Assembly: GCA_031441465.1 (NCBI GenBank)
Contig: JANOEP010000044.1
Span: 1 to 64,000 of the forward strand
Direction: 5' to 3'
Source: a bacterium
GTDB taxonomy: Bacteria > Krumholzibacteriota > Krumholzibacteriia > LZORAL124-64-63
Length of the DNA: 64,000 bases
This document shows, in pieces, positions 8,680-19,500 of this stretch. Position 1 is the first letter of the stretch; each line of letters starts with the position of its first letter. Both the position numbers and the translations under genes were made by a program. Under the pieces are notes generated by a model. The model did no database searches. It was not told where the DNA came from and saw nothing but the letters and a program-made list of their open reading frames with translations.

Positions 8680-11600
8680 AACAACTGCTGACCATCATGA
8701 TCCTGCTGGCGATCGCAGGAACAGCCGCGGCGGACATCGTGTCGCGACCGGTCAAGGCGCGTCTCGACCGCCCGCAGCGCTTCGCCGTCGCAGGCCAGGA
8801 GTTCGCCACCGCCCTGGAGATCGAAGCGGCGGGCGATGCGACCCTGAGCGAGGTCGAGATCAAGGGCGAGGGCTGGACGATCTCCCGCTGGGAGGGCCCG
8901 CGCGACCTGACGCTCGCCGCCGGCGGTTCGGTGCGTTGGGCGCTGACGGCCACACCGGACGCCGGTTTCGGACCGCTCGTGCTGTCGGCCCTGGTGAACG
9001 GCAAGCCGTGGCGCAAGAGCTTCGATCCTTCGCGCGAGGCCTACGGCGGCCTTGTACCCACCGACAGCGACCTGGTGCCGCCGCGCCGCATCCGGGCGGC
9101 CGGAGGCGATCAGTTCAAGGGGACGCCGCAACTGACGATGGCCGAGTTGACGGCCCTGGCCGCGGACGAACCGCCGCCTGCCGTGCCCATCGACAAGGAC
9201 CGCACGACCTGCAACGTCTACGGCAACCTCTACTACCTGCACGGGACCCAGAGCAGGCTGCTGCCGGCCTTCGGCGCCACCGTCTGGATCCAGGTGGTCC
9301 CCGCGTCCGGCTTGCCTTACCCGGTCGGGACGCAGCGCGTGAACGAGTTCGGCCGCTTCGAGATCGACATCCCCGCCGGGAGCACCTTCCGCATCTGCAT
9401 GGCGGCCGTCAGCAACGCCGTGGTGGTGCAGGAGGACGGCCTCTGGGAGGACAACTACACCTGGACGACGACGAACACCACGCTGCCCGCAAACGCCACC
9501 AGCTACAACGCCGCCATCGTCTTCCCCACCTCGCACCACGGCGCCCTGCACATCTGCACGGACCTCACCTATACCCACAACAACATCCGCGATATCGGCT
9601 GGGACGTGAGCCGCGTCGACGTGCAGTGGCCGGACGCCGACGGCAGCTTCTATTCCACGGACTATAACGAGATCCACTACGAGCGCGACGACGCGTGGAA
9701 TGACGGGACGATCTGCCACGAGTGGGGACACTACTGGCACGAAATGCACGCCCACTACGTCAGCTTCGACTACTGCAACGACGTCTGCGACGATCCCGGT
9801 GACTGCGGTCACTGCCTGTGGTGTCCCGAGAACCTCGAGGTGGCCTGGATGGAGGGCTGCGCGCAGGCCATCAGCCGGATCAGCACGCAGCACCTCGCCG
9901 AGCGGGTGCAGTTCAACGTCGTGCACAAGGGCGTCGGTGCCGTGACCGACGATCCCGGCTGCGACTGGGACGCCTGGAGCATCGAAGGCGCGTTCGCCGG
10001 CGCCGTCTGGGACATGGCCGACGACGACTACGGCACCGAGACGGACCACTTCCGCTTCGACAGCCTCGGAGAGGACGTGTACGACCAGCTCGACCTCGAG
10101 GTCGTCGACATCCTGAACATCATGGCCCAGGACTGCGATGTCGAAGGACACGCGCCCTACCGCGCCCCCGGTTTCTTCCGCTGCGCGGCCGAGTACCTCG
10201 ACGGCCTCGGCTCGCCGCAGGCCACGCGGGCCATGCTCTGGGAGACGGCCTGGAACTTCGACCTGCAGATCGACGAGCAGTCGCCCGGGATGGTGCCGAA
10301 CCTGACCGCGTCGTTCCCCGTCGGCACTCCGACGCAGATCGCCAACGGCACCTTCCACTGGCAGCAGCCCTGGGACGACATGTCGGGCGCCTGCGCCTAC
10401 AGCGTCCAACTGTCCGTGGGGCACATGCAGACGCCCGACCGCATCGTCGACACGACACACCTGTGGTGGGAGCCCGAGGAGCAGCTCGCGCCGGGCACCT
10501 ACTACTTCTCGGTGCTCGCCATGGACCGTGCCGGGCGCTGGAGCGGCACCGCCAGCAACTACGGGCCGATCGTGATCATCGCGCCGGGCCCCTCCGACCT
10601 CGAGCCCATGACCCCGGCCGGCTGGACGGCGTCGCTGGTGCTGCGCAACGTCACGGTGGCGGCTCCGGACCCGGTGTTGCAGACCAGCCTGGTCAACGGC
10701 AGCAGCGTCTACTTCAACTGGGGCGAGCGCAACGTCGGCATCGGCACTTCGGGGAACTTCGTGGACGTGATGTACCTTGACGGCAACCCGGTCTACACCT
10801 CGACCATTCGCCTGCTCAACGCCGGCGTCACGAACGCCCCGCGCAACAACGGGCCCGTGAACCTGGGCGCGATCGGCCGCCACACCGTGTGGGTGCGCGA
10901 GGACGGCATGGACAACGCGGCCGAGTCCGACGAGGACAACAACATCTACGCCAAACAGTTCGTCTTCGCGCCGCAGGACCTGGATCTGGGCGAGACGATC
11001 TCGCGCACGGGCGGCCTGCCCGACGCGACCGCCGGCCAGGGGATGCTGCCCATCGGCAGCACGTTCTACCCCAACGGCGACGGCTTCGAGATCGAAGTCT
11101 GCCTCTTCCCCGAACTGGTCTGGGCCGTGCCGGACGACGCGGACGACCGGATCGTGCTGCGCCTGCACCCGCACGACTTCAACCAGACCGGGTTCACCAC
11201 GCCGCTGGCGACGTCGACCAGCCTCGCCGACCTGCCGGCGACCGTCATCCAGAACCCCTCCGAGACGATCATGACCAGCTACTGCGTCGGCGTCCTGGAC
11301 GACGAAGGCAGTGGCGCCGACTACCGCATCCACCGCGAGATCGGGGAGTGCTTCGCCATGCCGGACACCCTGCCGGGGGTGCTGTCGACGGCCGACTGCC
11401 TGGACTTCTACCTGACCTACAACGAGCTCGGCGAGGAGGCGTGGTTCACGATCAAGCTGGCCAACGCGAGCACGCGCGACCTGCAACTGCGCTTCTTCGA
11501 ACCCGGGTTCGCCCTGGGCTCCCTGGCGAACGCCGACGCCCTCGTCACGGCCGCAGCGGGCGACACGGTACACCACAGCGTGCTGCTGCCGCCGGGCGCG

Positions 11601-13136
11601 ATGGCGCTGACGGTGGTCACCCGGGATCCCCGTCCCGCCGGCTCGTCGCCGTACACGGTCTTCGCCTACCGGGCGAAGTCCGACCCGGCGGCCACGGTGC
11701 CCGCGGGCTGGTTCGCCAACGTCGTGCCGCAGATCGGCACGCCGTACAACGCCGCCTCGGACAATATCCCCGCCCCGACCTCGCTCACCGGAAACAGCGC
11801 GGCGACCGGCATCTACTGGTCGCTGAGCAACGAGAGCGCCGAGGCCGCGGTCCCGATCGGGCTGAGCCACAGCCTCTACCTGGACGGCACGAGCTTCCTC
11901 ACCGGGACCTTCATCGAGGCGATCTCGCCGTCCTACACCGTCAAGGCCGTGCGCAGCACACTGCTGAACGTCCGCGGCGGCCGCCACGCGCTCACCCACA
12001 GCGTCAACAGCAACTCCGTCATCGACGAGGATGACTGGACCAACAACCGCCACGGCCGGCAGTGGGTCTGGTCCGCCCAGAACCTGTCGGCGAACACGAC
12101 CTACCAGCTGCCGGCGCCCGCGAACCCGTTCGGCGGCCTCGCCCAGGTGACCGCGGGCACCGTGGCCCCGAACTGCGACGGCTACCGCCCGAGCACGCCG
12201 GTGATGCCGACCGTGCCGACGATCGTCGCCGCCTACGCGTGGGACGACGTGCTCGACGTGGATCTGGGGATCTACGCGAGCGCCACCGTGCAGGAGGGGT
12301 ACACGTCGGACTACGCCCTGTCGCAGTGGAGCGGACCGGGCTGCGATTTCGTGCTGCGCGGCGTCGCGACGCACGGGACGGCCACGTTCAACCTCGGGGT
12401 CGTCCGCGCCGGCGGCCAGTCCACCGGCGACTACACCCTGGCCACCAAGACGACCACCGACGCCTGGGCCAGCCCGGTCGACGGGCGGCTTCTCGGCACC
12501 GTGGAGGCGGGCAGCTACCTCGACGCCGTCCGCCTGGACCTGCCGGCAGGGACCTACGTCTTCACCCTGACGAGCACCGACGTCGAGCTCGGCTTCTCCC
12601 TACACGACTTCAGCTTCGGCGCCACGGGCAAGACCGAGCCCTGGCAGGACGGGATCGCCTGGCAGACCGCCGAGGAAGGCAGCCCGTACGCGTCTTTCGC
12701 GGTGACGATCCCGGCCACCGGGGCGCCGACCGAGTTCGCGCTCGTGGTCTGGCGCACGGACGGAACCTCGGCCGCCCTGGACGGCGACTGGCGCGTCATG
12801 GTCGGCGACGATGTCACCGGCGTCGACGACGGCGAACCCGTGCCGGACGCCGTCACCGCTTCGCGGCTGCTGGGCGCGACGCCGAACCCGTTCAATCCGT
12901 CGACCGAAGTCGCGTACGAGGTGGCCCGTGCCGGCCGCGGCGAGTTGACGGTGCACGACGTGCGCGGGCGGCAGGTCCGGACTCTCGTCGAGGGCGAGCT
13001 GACGACGGGACGCCACGTCGTGATCTGGAACGGCCTGGACGATGCCGGGCAGCGTGTGCCCAGCGGCATCTACATGGTGCGCTTGCGATCGGCGGGGGGA
13101 GGGGAGGATCTGCTCAAGCTGACCCTCGTCAAGTGA
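8667..13136 (+). CDS. Large secreted protein: HExxH zinc-metallopeptidase-like domain, two CARDB-like repeats, FlgD-Ig/T9SS-like C-terminal domain
   Basis: Signal peptide; HEWGH followed by WMEG; ESDEDNN and DEDDWTNN CARDB-type ends; PNPFNP...WNGLDDAG...SGIY tail. Confidence 0.8.
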   Translation: MRRVKQLLTIMILLAIAGTAAADIVSRPVKARLDRPQRFAVAGQEFATALEIEAAGDATLSEVEIKGEGWTISRWEGPRDLTLAAGGSVRWALTATPDAGFGPLVLSALVNGKPWRKSFDPSREAYGGLVPTDSDLVPPRRIRAAGGDQFKGTPQLTMAELTALAADEPPPAVPIDKDRTTCNVYGNLYYLHGTQSRLLPAFGATVWIQVVPASGLPYPVGTQRVNEFGRFEIDIPAGSTFRICMAAVSNAVVVQEDGLWEDNYTWTTTNTTLPANATSYNAAIVFPTSHHGALHICTDLTYTHNNIRDIGWDVSRVDVQWPDADGSFYSTDYNEIHYERDDAWNDGTICHEWGHYWHEMHAHYVSFDYCNDVCDDPGDCGHCLWCPENLEVAWMEGCAQAISRISTQHLAERVQFNVVHKGVGAVTDDPGCDWDAWSIEGAFAGAVWDMADDDYGTETDHFRFDSLGEDVYDQLDLEVVDILNIMAQDCDVEGHAPYRAPGFFRCAAEYLDGLGSPQATRAMLWETAWNFDLQIDEQSPGMVPNLTASFPVGTPTQIANGTFHWQQPWDDMSGACAYSVQLSVGHMQTPDRIVDTTHLWWEPEEQLAPGTYYFSVLAMDRAGRWSGTASNYGPIVIIAPGPSDLEPMTPAGWTASLVLRNVTVAAPDPVLQTSLVNGSSVYFNWGERNVGIGTSGNFVDVMYLDGNPVYTSTIRLLNAGVTNAPRNNGPVNLGAIGRHTVWVREDGMDNAAESDEDNNIYAKQFVFAPQDLDLGETISRTGGLPDATAGQGMLPIGSTFYPNGDGFEIEVCLFPELVWAVPDDADDRIVLRLHPHDFNQTGFTTPLATSTSLADLPATVIQNPSETIMTSYCVGVLDDEGSGADYRIHREIGECFAMPDTLPGVLSTADCLDFYLTYNELGEEAWFTIKLANASTRDLQLRFFEPGFALGSLANADALVTAAAGDTVHHSVLLPPGAMALTVVTRDPRPAGSSPYTVFAYRAKSDPAATVPAGWFANVVPQIGTPYNAASDNIPAPTSLTGNSAATGIYWSLSNESAEAAVPIGLSHSLYLDGTSFLTGTFIEAISPSYTVKAVRSTLLNVRGGRHALTHSVNSNSVIDEDDWTNNRHGRQWVWSAQNLSANTTYQLPAPANPFGGLAQVTAGTVAPNCDGYRPSTPVMPTVPTIVAAYAWDDVLDVDLGIYASATVQEGYTSDYALSQWSGPGCDFVLRGVATHGTATFNLGVVRAGGQSTGDYTLATKTTTDAWASPVDGRLLGTVEAGSYLDAVRLDLPAGTYVFTLTSTDVELGFSLHDFSFGATGKTEPWQDGIAWQTAEEGSPYASFAVTIPATGAPTEFALVVWRTDGTSAALDGDWRVMVGDDVTGVDDGEPVPDAVTASRLLGATPNPFNPSTEVAYEVARAGRGELTVHDVRGRQVRTLVEGELTTGRHVVIWNGLDDAGQRVPSGIYMVRLRSAGGGEDLLKLTLVK

Positions 13137-13164
13137 CGGTGGCCTCGGCCGAGTGGAACCGACT

Positions 13165-13199
13165 GCGCCCCGCTCCTGTATGAGCGGGGCGCGTGTTTT
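13165..13199 (+). terminator. Intrinsic terminator
   Basis: GCGCCCCGCTC/GAGCGGGGCGC 11-bp stem, then GTGTTTT. Confidence 0.7.
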
Positions 13200-13374
13200 A
13201 GGGAGACCCGGCGCGCGCCGGCGATTCGCCGACTCTGGGGATGCCGGCCGCAGATATCCTAGGCTATTACCAGGAATTTGCTGTAGATTACCCACCTGTT
13301 GAATGTTCGCCCGGGACGGCAGGGCGCTCCGAGCGTGTTGCCGGCCGGCCCGCTGTTCCGCCGAAGGAGAACCC

Positions 13375-13929
13375 ATGTTCCAGCGCCTGCCGATCGTCGC
13401 CGTCGCGGCCGTCGCCATCCTGCCCCTGCTCGCCGTGGCCGCCGGTGCCGGATCCGCGACGGTCGCGCCCCTGCACGGCGGCGCCGTCACCGCCACCAAG
13501 GCCCACGCCTTCGAGACCCTGATCACGCCGCAGGGGGTGCGCGTCTTCCTCTACACCGACGAATCGGCGCCGGCCATGGTCGAGAAGGCGACCGGCACCG
13601 CCAAGCTGGCGCTGCCCGACGGCCGCACGCTCGACGTGCCCCTGAAGACGCGCCAGCCGGCCGGCGGCGAGCCCACCGCCTACTTCTGCCCCATGCACGC
13701 CGAAGTCGTGCGCGACGCGCCGGGCAAGTGTGAGCTGTGCGGCGGGATGGTCCTCTTCGTGCAGGACCACCTGTTCGGCGCCGCCGATCTCGGGGCCGTC
13801 GACCCCGCCGCGGTCACGGCGTTGATCCGCGTGTCCGGCCTGCGGGGCGCCGAGAAAGAGGCGACTTTCACGCCGGCCTTCTCGACGCCCGACGAGAAGG
13901 CCGGAGCCGTGCAGGCGGGCCAAGAATAA
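13375..13929 (+). CDS. Exported heavy-metal-binding-domain protein
   Basis: AAGGAG RBS; signal peptide; YFCPMH...CELCGGM. Confidence 0.75.
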   Translation: MFQRLPIVAVAAVAILPLLAVAAGAGSATVAPLHGGAVTATKAHAFETLITPQGVRVFLYTDESAPAMVEKATGTAKLALPDGRTLDVPLKTRQPAGGEPTAYFCPMHAEVVRDAPGKCELCGGMVLFVQDHLFGAADLGAVDPAAVTALIRVSGLRGAEKEATFTPAFSTPDEKAGAVQAGQE

Positions 13930-13976
13930 GCGGGGAGGCCGGCACGCCGGATCTCCTGGCTTCCGAACCGTTCGCG

Positions 13977-15191
13977 GTGATCTCCGGCAACAGGGACGCC
14001 GCCGCCGCCGTCGTCGCGGCCGATTCCCTCGTCGCCCTGGCCCTGGCCCGCTCGCCCCGCCTCGCGGCGCTCGCCGAGTACATCGCCGTCGCGCGCGAGG
14101 AGGCGCCCGCCGAAGGCGCCCTGCCCGACCCGATGGTCGGCTTCAGCGCGCGCGGCGAAGACTACCCCGGCGCCGGCATCGGCGAGGATCCGATGGCCAT
14201 GGCCGCGTTCGAGGTCAGCCAGACCCTGCCGTGGCCCGGCAAGCGCGGGCGCCGGCAAGCCGCGGCCGCAGCCAAGGTCGCCGTTGCCGAGGCGGAACTC
14301 GTCGCGGCGCGGCGGCGCCTCGCGGCCGAGGTGCGCGCCGCCTATGCCGAGCAGGCGGTGATCGATGCGCAGCGGGCGACGTTGCGCGAAGCGATCGCCC
14401 TGGTCGAACTGCTGGTCCCCGCCGTCACGGCGCGCTACGCGAACGGCCTGGCCGGCCAGAGCGACGTGGTCGGCCTGCAGCTCGAGCGGCTGCGCCTGGA
14501 GGTCGACCTGGAGGATCTCGACACGCGGTGCGCCGAGCATCTGGCCGAATTGTCCGCCGCGCTCGATCTGCCAGTCTCCGATCTGCCGCCGCTGGACGCG
14601 GGTCTGCCGGCCGTCGCGCCCGCCGACGTGGCCTCCGTCGCGGCCGGCGACCTCGCCGAGGTCGCCGCAGCCGAGGCCCGCGTGAACGCCGCCGCGCAGC
14701 GGGCCGCCGCGGCCGAAGGCGAAGGCTCGCCCGACCTCGTCCTGGGCGCCGAGTACGGCTGGCGCGACGCGCTGCCGCCGATGGTCACCGCCCGCCTGGG
14801 CGTGGAGCTGCCGCTGTGGCAGGGCCGCAAGCAGGACGCCCTGGCCCGCGCCGCCGGTCGCGAGCACCTGATGGCCGAGGCCGAACGGCGCGACGCGCTC
14901 GCCATGGCCGGGGCGGAAGTCGCGGGACTGCAGGCGCGCGCCGGCGCCGCGCAGCGGCAGATCGAACGTCTCCGCAACGGCATCCTGCCCCAGGCGACCC
15001 TGGTCGTCGAGTCGGCCCGCTCCGGGTACGCCACGGGCGTCGCCGACGCCGCCGAGGTGATCATGGCCCTGCGTCAGCTCGTCGAATCCCGCGCGATGCT
15101 GGTCGAACGCGAGGCCGACCTGTACACCGCTTGGGCCGCGCTGCGCGCCCTCGCGGGCCGCGACCCCGTTCTTCAGGAGTACCGCCGATGA
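13977..15191 (+). CDS. TolC-family outer-membrane efflux protein (start uncertain, no clear signal peptide)
   Basis: ALPDPMV, SQTLPWPGK, ELPLW motifs; directly upstream of cusB/cusA. Confidence 0.8.
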   Translation: MISGNRDAAAAVVAADSLVALALARSPRLAALAEYIAVAREEAPAEGALPDPMVGFSARGEDYPGAGIGEDPMAMAAFEVSQTLPWPGKRGRRQAAAAAKVAVAEAELVAARRRLAAEVRAAYAEQAVIDAQRATLREAIALVELLVPAVTARYANGLAGQSDVVGLQLERLRLEVDLEDLDTRCAEHLAELSAALDLPVSDLPPLDAGLPAVAPADVASVAAGDLAEVAAAEARVNAAAQRAAAAEGEGSPDLVLGAEYGWRDALPPMVTARLGVELPLWQGRKQDALARAAGREHLMAEAERRDALAMAGAEVAGLQARAGAAQRQIERLRNGILPQATLVVESARSGYATGVADAAEVIMALRQLVESRAMLVEREADLYTAWAALRALAGRDPVLQEYRR

Positions 15192-16504
15192 AGCACGCGC
15201 CGTTGCCGGCCTTCGCGCTCGCCTTCCTCGTCCTCTTCGTCGCACTCGCCGTCGGCGGCTGCGACGGCGGCCATGATCGCGGCGCGCAGGGCGGCGAGGC
15301 GGCCGGCGCGGGGCGGACCGCCGCCGCGGACGAGAAGTGGCTTTGCCCCATGCACCCCACCTACATCGTCGACCGCAAGGGCGCCTGCCCCATCTGCGGC
15401 ATGGACCTGGTGCCGGCGGTGGAGTTCTCGGCACAGCAGGGCGCTGCGGCGTCGGGTGTCCCGGGCATGGCGGCCATGGAATTGAGCGACGAGGCTGTCC
15501 GCCTCGCGGGCGTGCGGACGCATCCCGCGACGATGGAGCCGCTGAGCACCGGGATCCGGGCCGTCGGCCTGATCGTCGCCGACGAGACGCGCGTGCGCAG
15601 CGTGCAGACGCGGGTCGCCGGCTGGATCGAGTCGCTGGCCGTGAATTCGGTCGGGGCGCGCGTGTCCGCGGGCGAGCCCCTGCTGACCATCTACTCGCCG
15701 GAACTCGTGGCGGGCCAGGAGGAGCTGCTGCGCGCCGTCGCCGCCCGCGACGCCGCCGGCGGCGAACCGCAGTCGCTGGCCAACGCCGAACTGCTCGTCG
15801 CCGCGGCGCGCCGCCGCCTGCAGCTCTTCGAGGTGCCCGACAGCTTCGTCGCGAGGCTCGAGGAGACCGGCGCGGTCCTGCGCACCGTGCCCCTGCGCTC
15901 GCCTGCGTCCGGCGTCGTCACGGAGCGCATGGCCTACGTGGGCATGCAGGTGGAGCCGGGCATGGCCCTCTTCCAGGTCACGGACCTCGCCGTGGTGTGG
16001 GTCGACGCCCGCTTCTACGAATACGAGGCCGGCCTGGTCGTCGAGGGCGCGCCGGTCGAGGTGCGCCTGCCGCACGACCCCGGGCTCGTCCTGCAGGGTG
16101 CGATCGACTACGTCTACCCGACGCTGGACGACGCCTCGCGCACCCTCTCCGCGCGCGTCGTCCTGGCCAACGATTTCGGGTTGCTGAGGCCGGGCATGTA
16201 CGCGGACGTGACGCTCTTCGCCGACCGGGGCGAAGCCCTGGTCGTCCCCGACGACGCCATCCTCGACACCGGCGAACGCCGCCTGGTGTTCGTGTCCCTC
16301 GGCGAGGGGCGCTTCACCCCGCGCGAGGTCGAAGTGGGGGTCCGCGCGCACGGCAAGGCGCAGATCCTGAGCGGCCTCTCGGCCGGGGAGCAGGTCGTCG
16401 TGAAGGCCAACTTCCTGCTGGACAGCGAGTCGCGCCTCCGCGCCGCGCTCGCGGGCGCCGGCGCCGCCGTCCCGACGGGCGGCCACGCGGAGGAGCACCG
16501 GTGA
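15188..16504 (+). CDS. cusB: CusB-like RND periplasmic adaptor with heavy-metal-binding domain
   Basis: Lipobox VGGC; WLCPMHP...CPICGM; GWIE, IYSPEL, LRPGMY, FLLDSESRL; ATGA overlap with TolC. Confidence 0.9.
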   Translation: MKHAPLPAFALAFLVLFVALAVGGCDGGHDRGAQGGEAAGAGRTAAADEKWLCPMHPTYIVDRKGACPICGMDLVPAVEFSAQQGAAASGVPGMAAMELSDEAVRLAGVRTHPATMEPLSTGIRAVGLIVADETRVRSVQTRVAGWIESLAVNSVGARVSAGEPLLTIYSPELVAGQEELLRAVAARDAAGGEPQSLANAELLVAAARRRLQLFEVPDSFVARLEETGAVLRTVPLRSPASGVVTERMAYVGMQVEPGMALFQVTDLAVVWVDARFYEYEAGLVVEGAPVEVRLPHDPGLVLQGAIDYVYPTLDDASRTLSARVVLANDFGLLRPGMYADVTLFADRGEALVVPDDAILDTGERRLVFVSLGEGRFTPREVEVGVRAHGKAQILSGLSAGEQVVVKANFLLDSESRLRAALAGAGAAVPTGGHAEEHR

Positions 16505-19500
16505 TCCCGCGCATCATCGAGTTCAGCGCGCGCAACCGCCTCCTGGTGCTCGTGCTCACGGCGCTGGCCTGCGCGTACGCCGTCCACACGCTGCAGACGA
16601 TCCGCCTCGACGCGCTGCCCGACCTGTCGGACACCCAGGTGATCATCGCCGCGAAGTGGGACCGCTCGCCGGACATCATGGAAGACCAGGTCACCTACCC
16701 CGTGGTCAGCGGCCTGCTCGGGGCGCCCCGGGTGAAGGCCATCCGCGGCTTCTCGGACTTCGGCTATTCCTTCGTCTACGTGATCTTCGAGGACGGCACC
16801 GACCTCTACTGGGCGCGCTCGCGGGTGCTCGAGTACCTGGACGAGATCCAGCCGCGGCTGCCCGCCGGGGTGAACGTCGCGCTGGGACCCGACGCCACGG
16901 GCGTGGGCTGGGTCTTCCAGTACGCGCTGGCGGACCCCGAGGGCCGCCACGGTCTCGACGAACTGCGTTCCTACCAGGACTGGACGTTGCGCTACGCGAT
17001 CCAGGCCGTGCCCGGCGTGGCCGAAGTGGCCTCCATCGGCGGTTACCAGCGGCAATTCCAGATCACGGTCGATCCCGTCCGCCTCGCGGCCCTCGGGGTG
17101 CCGCTGCACGCGGTGATGGGAGCCGTCCAGGCCTCCAATAACGAGGTGGGCGGCCGCCTGCTCGAGTGGAGCGGCGCCGAGTACATGGTCCGCGGCCGCG
17201 GTTACGCCAAGACGCTCGCGGACTTCGAACAGATCGTCGTGAAGACCGCCGCCGGCGGCGTGCCGGTGCTGTTGAGCGACGTCGCCCGCGTGGAACTGGG
17301 ACCCGACCTGCGCCGCGGCGTGGCCGACCTCGACGGCGGCGGCGACGCGGTGGGCGGCATCGTCGTGATGCGCCACGGCGAGAACGCCCTGCGCGTGATC
17401 GAGCGCGTCAAGGAGAGGCTGCACGAGCTGGAACCCGGCCTGCCGGCGGGCGTCGAGTTCGTCACCACCTACGACCGCAGCGACCTCATCCACCGCGCCA
17501 TCGACACCCTCAAGCACGAGCTGCTGCTGCAGATGATCATCGTGTCGCTGGTGATCCTGGTCTTCCTGTGGCACGTGCCGTCGGCCATCGTGCCCATCAT
17601 CACGATCCCCGTCTCGGTGCTGCTGGCCTTCATCCCGCTGCGCGCCCTGGGCGTCACGGTGAACATCATGTCGCTCGCCGGCATCGCCATTTCCATCGGC
17701 GTGCTCGTCGACGGGGCCATCGTCGAGGTGGAGAACGCCTACAACCGGATCCACCTCTGGCAGGTGGGCGGCCGCAAGGGGAGCTTCCACGACGTGCGCC
17801 TCGAGGCGCTCAAGGAGGTCGGTCCTTCGGTCTTCTTCTCGCTGCTGGTGATCGCGGTGGCCTTCATCCCGGTCTTCACCCTGGTCGACCAGGAGGGCCG
17901 GTTGTTCCGGCCGCTCGCCTTCTCGAAGAACCTCGCGATGGCCCTCGCCGCCGTCCTCGCCATCACGCTGGACCCGGCGATGCGCATGATGTTCGCGCGC
18001 AGCGACCCGTTCACGTTCAAGCCCCGCGCCCTGGCGCGCTTCGCCAGCGCGGCCCTCGTCGGCACCTACCACGACGAATTGAAGCACCCGATCAGCCGCG
18101 CGATCTACCGCGTCTACGACCCCGCCTGCCGCTTCGTGCTGCGCCACCCGGCGGCGGTGATCCTCGCGGCGTTCCTGGCGGTCGCGGCCACCGTCCCGAT
18201 GTACTTCCGCCTGGGCACCGAGTTCATGCCGCCCCTGAACGAGGGGTCCATCCTCTACATGCCGACGACGCTGCCGGGCATCTCGGTGACGCAGGCCGTC
18301 GAGCTGATGACGACGCAGGACCGCGTCCTGAAGTCGTTCCCCGAGGTCCTGAGCGTGTTCGGCAAGGCCGGCCGCGCCGACACGGCCACCGACCCGGCGC
18401 CGCTGTCGATGATGGAGACCACGGTCATCCTCAAACCCGCGGACCAGTGGCGGCCCAAGGCGCGCTGGTACAGCGGCCGCCTGCCGGATTTCCTGCTGCC
18501 GCTGGTGCGGCCGATCTGGCCCGACCGCATCTCCTGGGCCGAACTGGTGGACGAGATGGACCGCGCCCTGCGCATCCCGGGCGTGACCAACGCCTGGACC
18601 ATGCCCATCAAGGCCCGCACCGACATGCTCACCACGGGCGTGCGCACCCCGGTGGGCATCAAGATCTTCGGGCCCGACCTCGCCGAGCTCGAGCGCCTCG
18701 GCACGCGGATCGAGTCGATCCTGCCCGCGGTCGCGGGCACCCGCAGCGTCTTCGCCGAGCGCGCCGCGGGCGGCTACTTCGTGGACATCGAGCCCCGCCG
18801 CGGCGAGCTGGCCCGCCTCGGCCTCACCGTCGCCGACCTCCAGGATGTGATCATGTTCGCCGTCGGCGGCGAGAACGTCGGCACCGTGATCGACGGCCGG
18901 GCCCGGTACTCCATCAACGTCCGCTACCCGCGCGAGCTGCGCGACGATCTCGACAAGCTCGGGCGCGTCCTCGTCGACGCGCCCGGCGGCGCCGCCGTGC
19001 CGCTCGCGCAGGTCGCCGACCTGAAGATCGTCTCCGGCCCGGCGATGCTGCGCGACGAGAACGGGTTCCTCGCCAGCTACGTCTACGTCGACGTCGCGGG
19101 CCGCGACATCGGCGGCTACGTGGAAGAAGCCAAGCGCGTCGTGCGCGAGCAGGTCGCGTTGCCGGCCGGCTACGTCCTGCAATGGAGCGGCCAGTACGAG
19201 AACATGCTGCGGGTCGAGAAGCGCCTGCGGCTCGTCGTGCCGGCCACCCTGGTGCTCATCTTCCTGCTGCTGCTCGCGAACACGCGCTCGAGCTTCAAGG
19301 CGGGCGTGATCCTGCTGTCGGTGCCCTTCTCGGCAGTGGGCGCCATCTGGCTGCTCCACTTCCTGGACTACAACGTCTCGATCGCCGTGTGGGTGGGGCT
19401 GATCGCCCTGCTGGGCCTCGACGCCGAGACCGCCGTCTTCATGCTGCTGTTCCTCGACCTGTCGTACGACCAGGCCAAGCGCGAGGGCCGGCTGCGCGAC

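Noticed and set aside
8622..12374. 1250-aa minus-strand ORF (and similar long ORFs 4634..7177, 16114..19530, 48141..50312)
   Set aside because: Antisense shadows of real genes in high-GC DNA; Arg/Gly/Ala-rich, no motifs
15337..16500. Apparent 388-aa N-terminal extension of CusA (also extensions on UbiE from 28886, CusB from 14231, DUF3570 from 63818)
   Set aside because: Overlaps the real upstream gene in another frame; true starts have an RBS or stop/start overlaps
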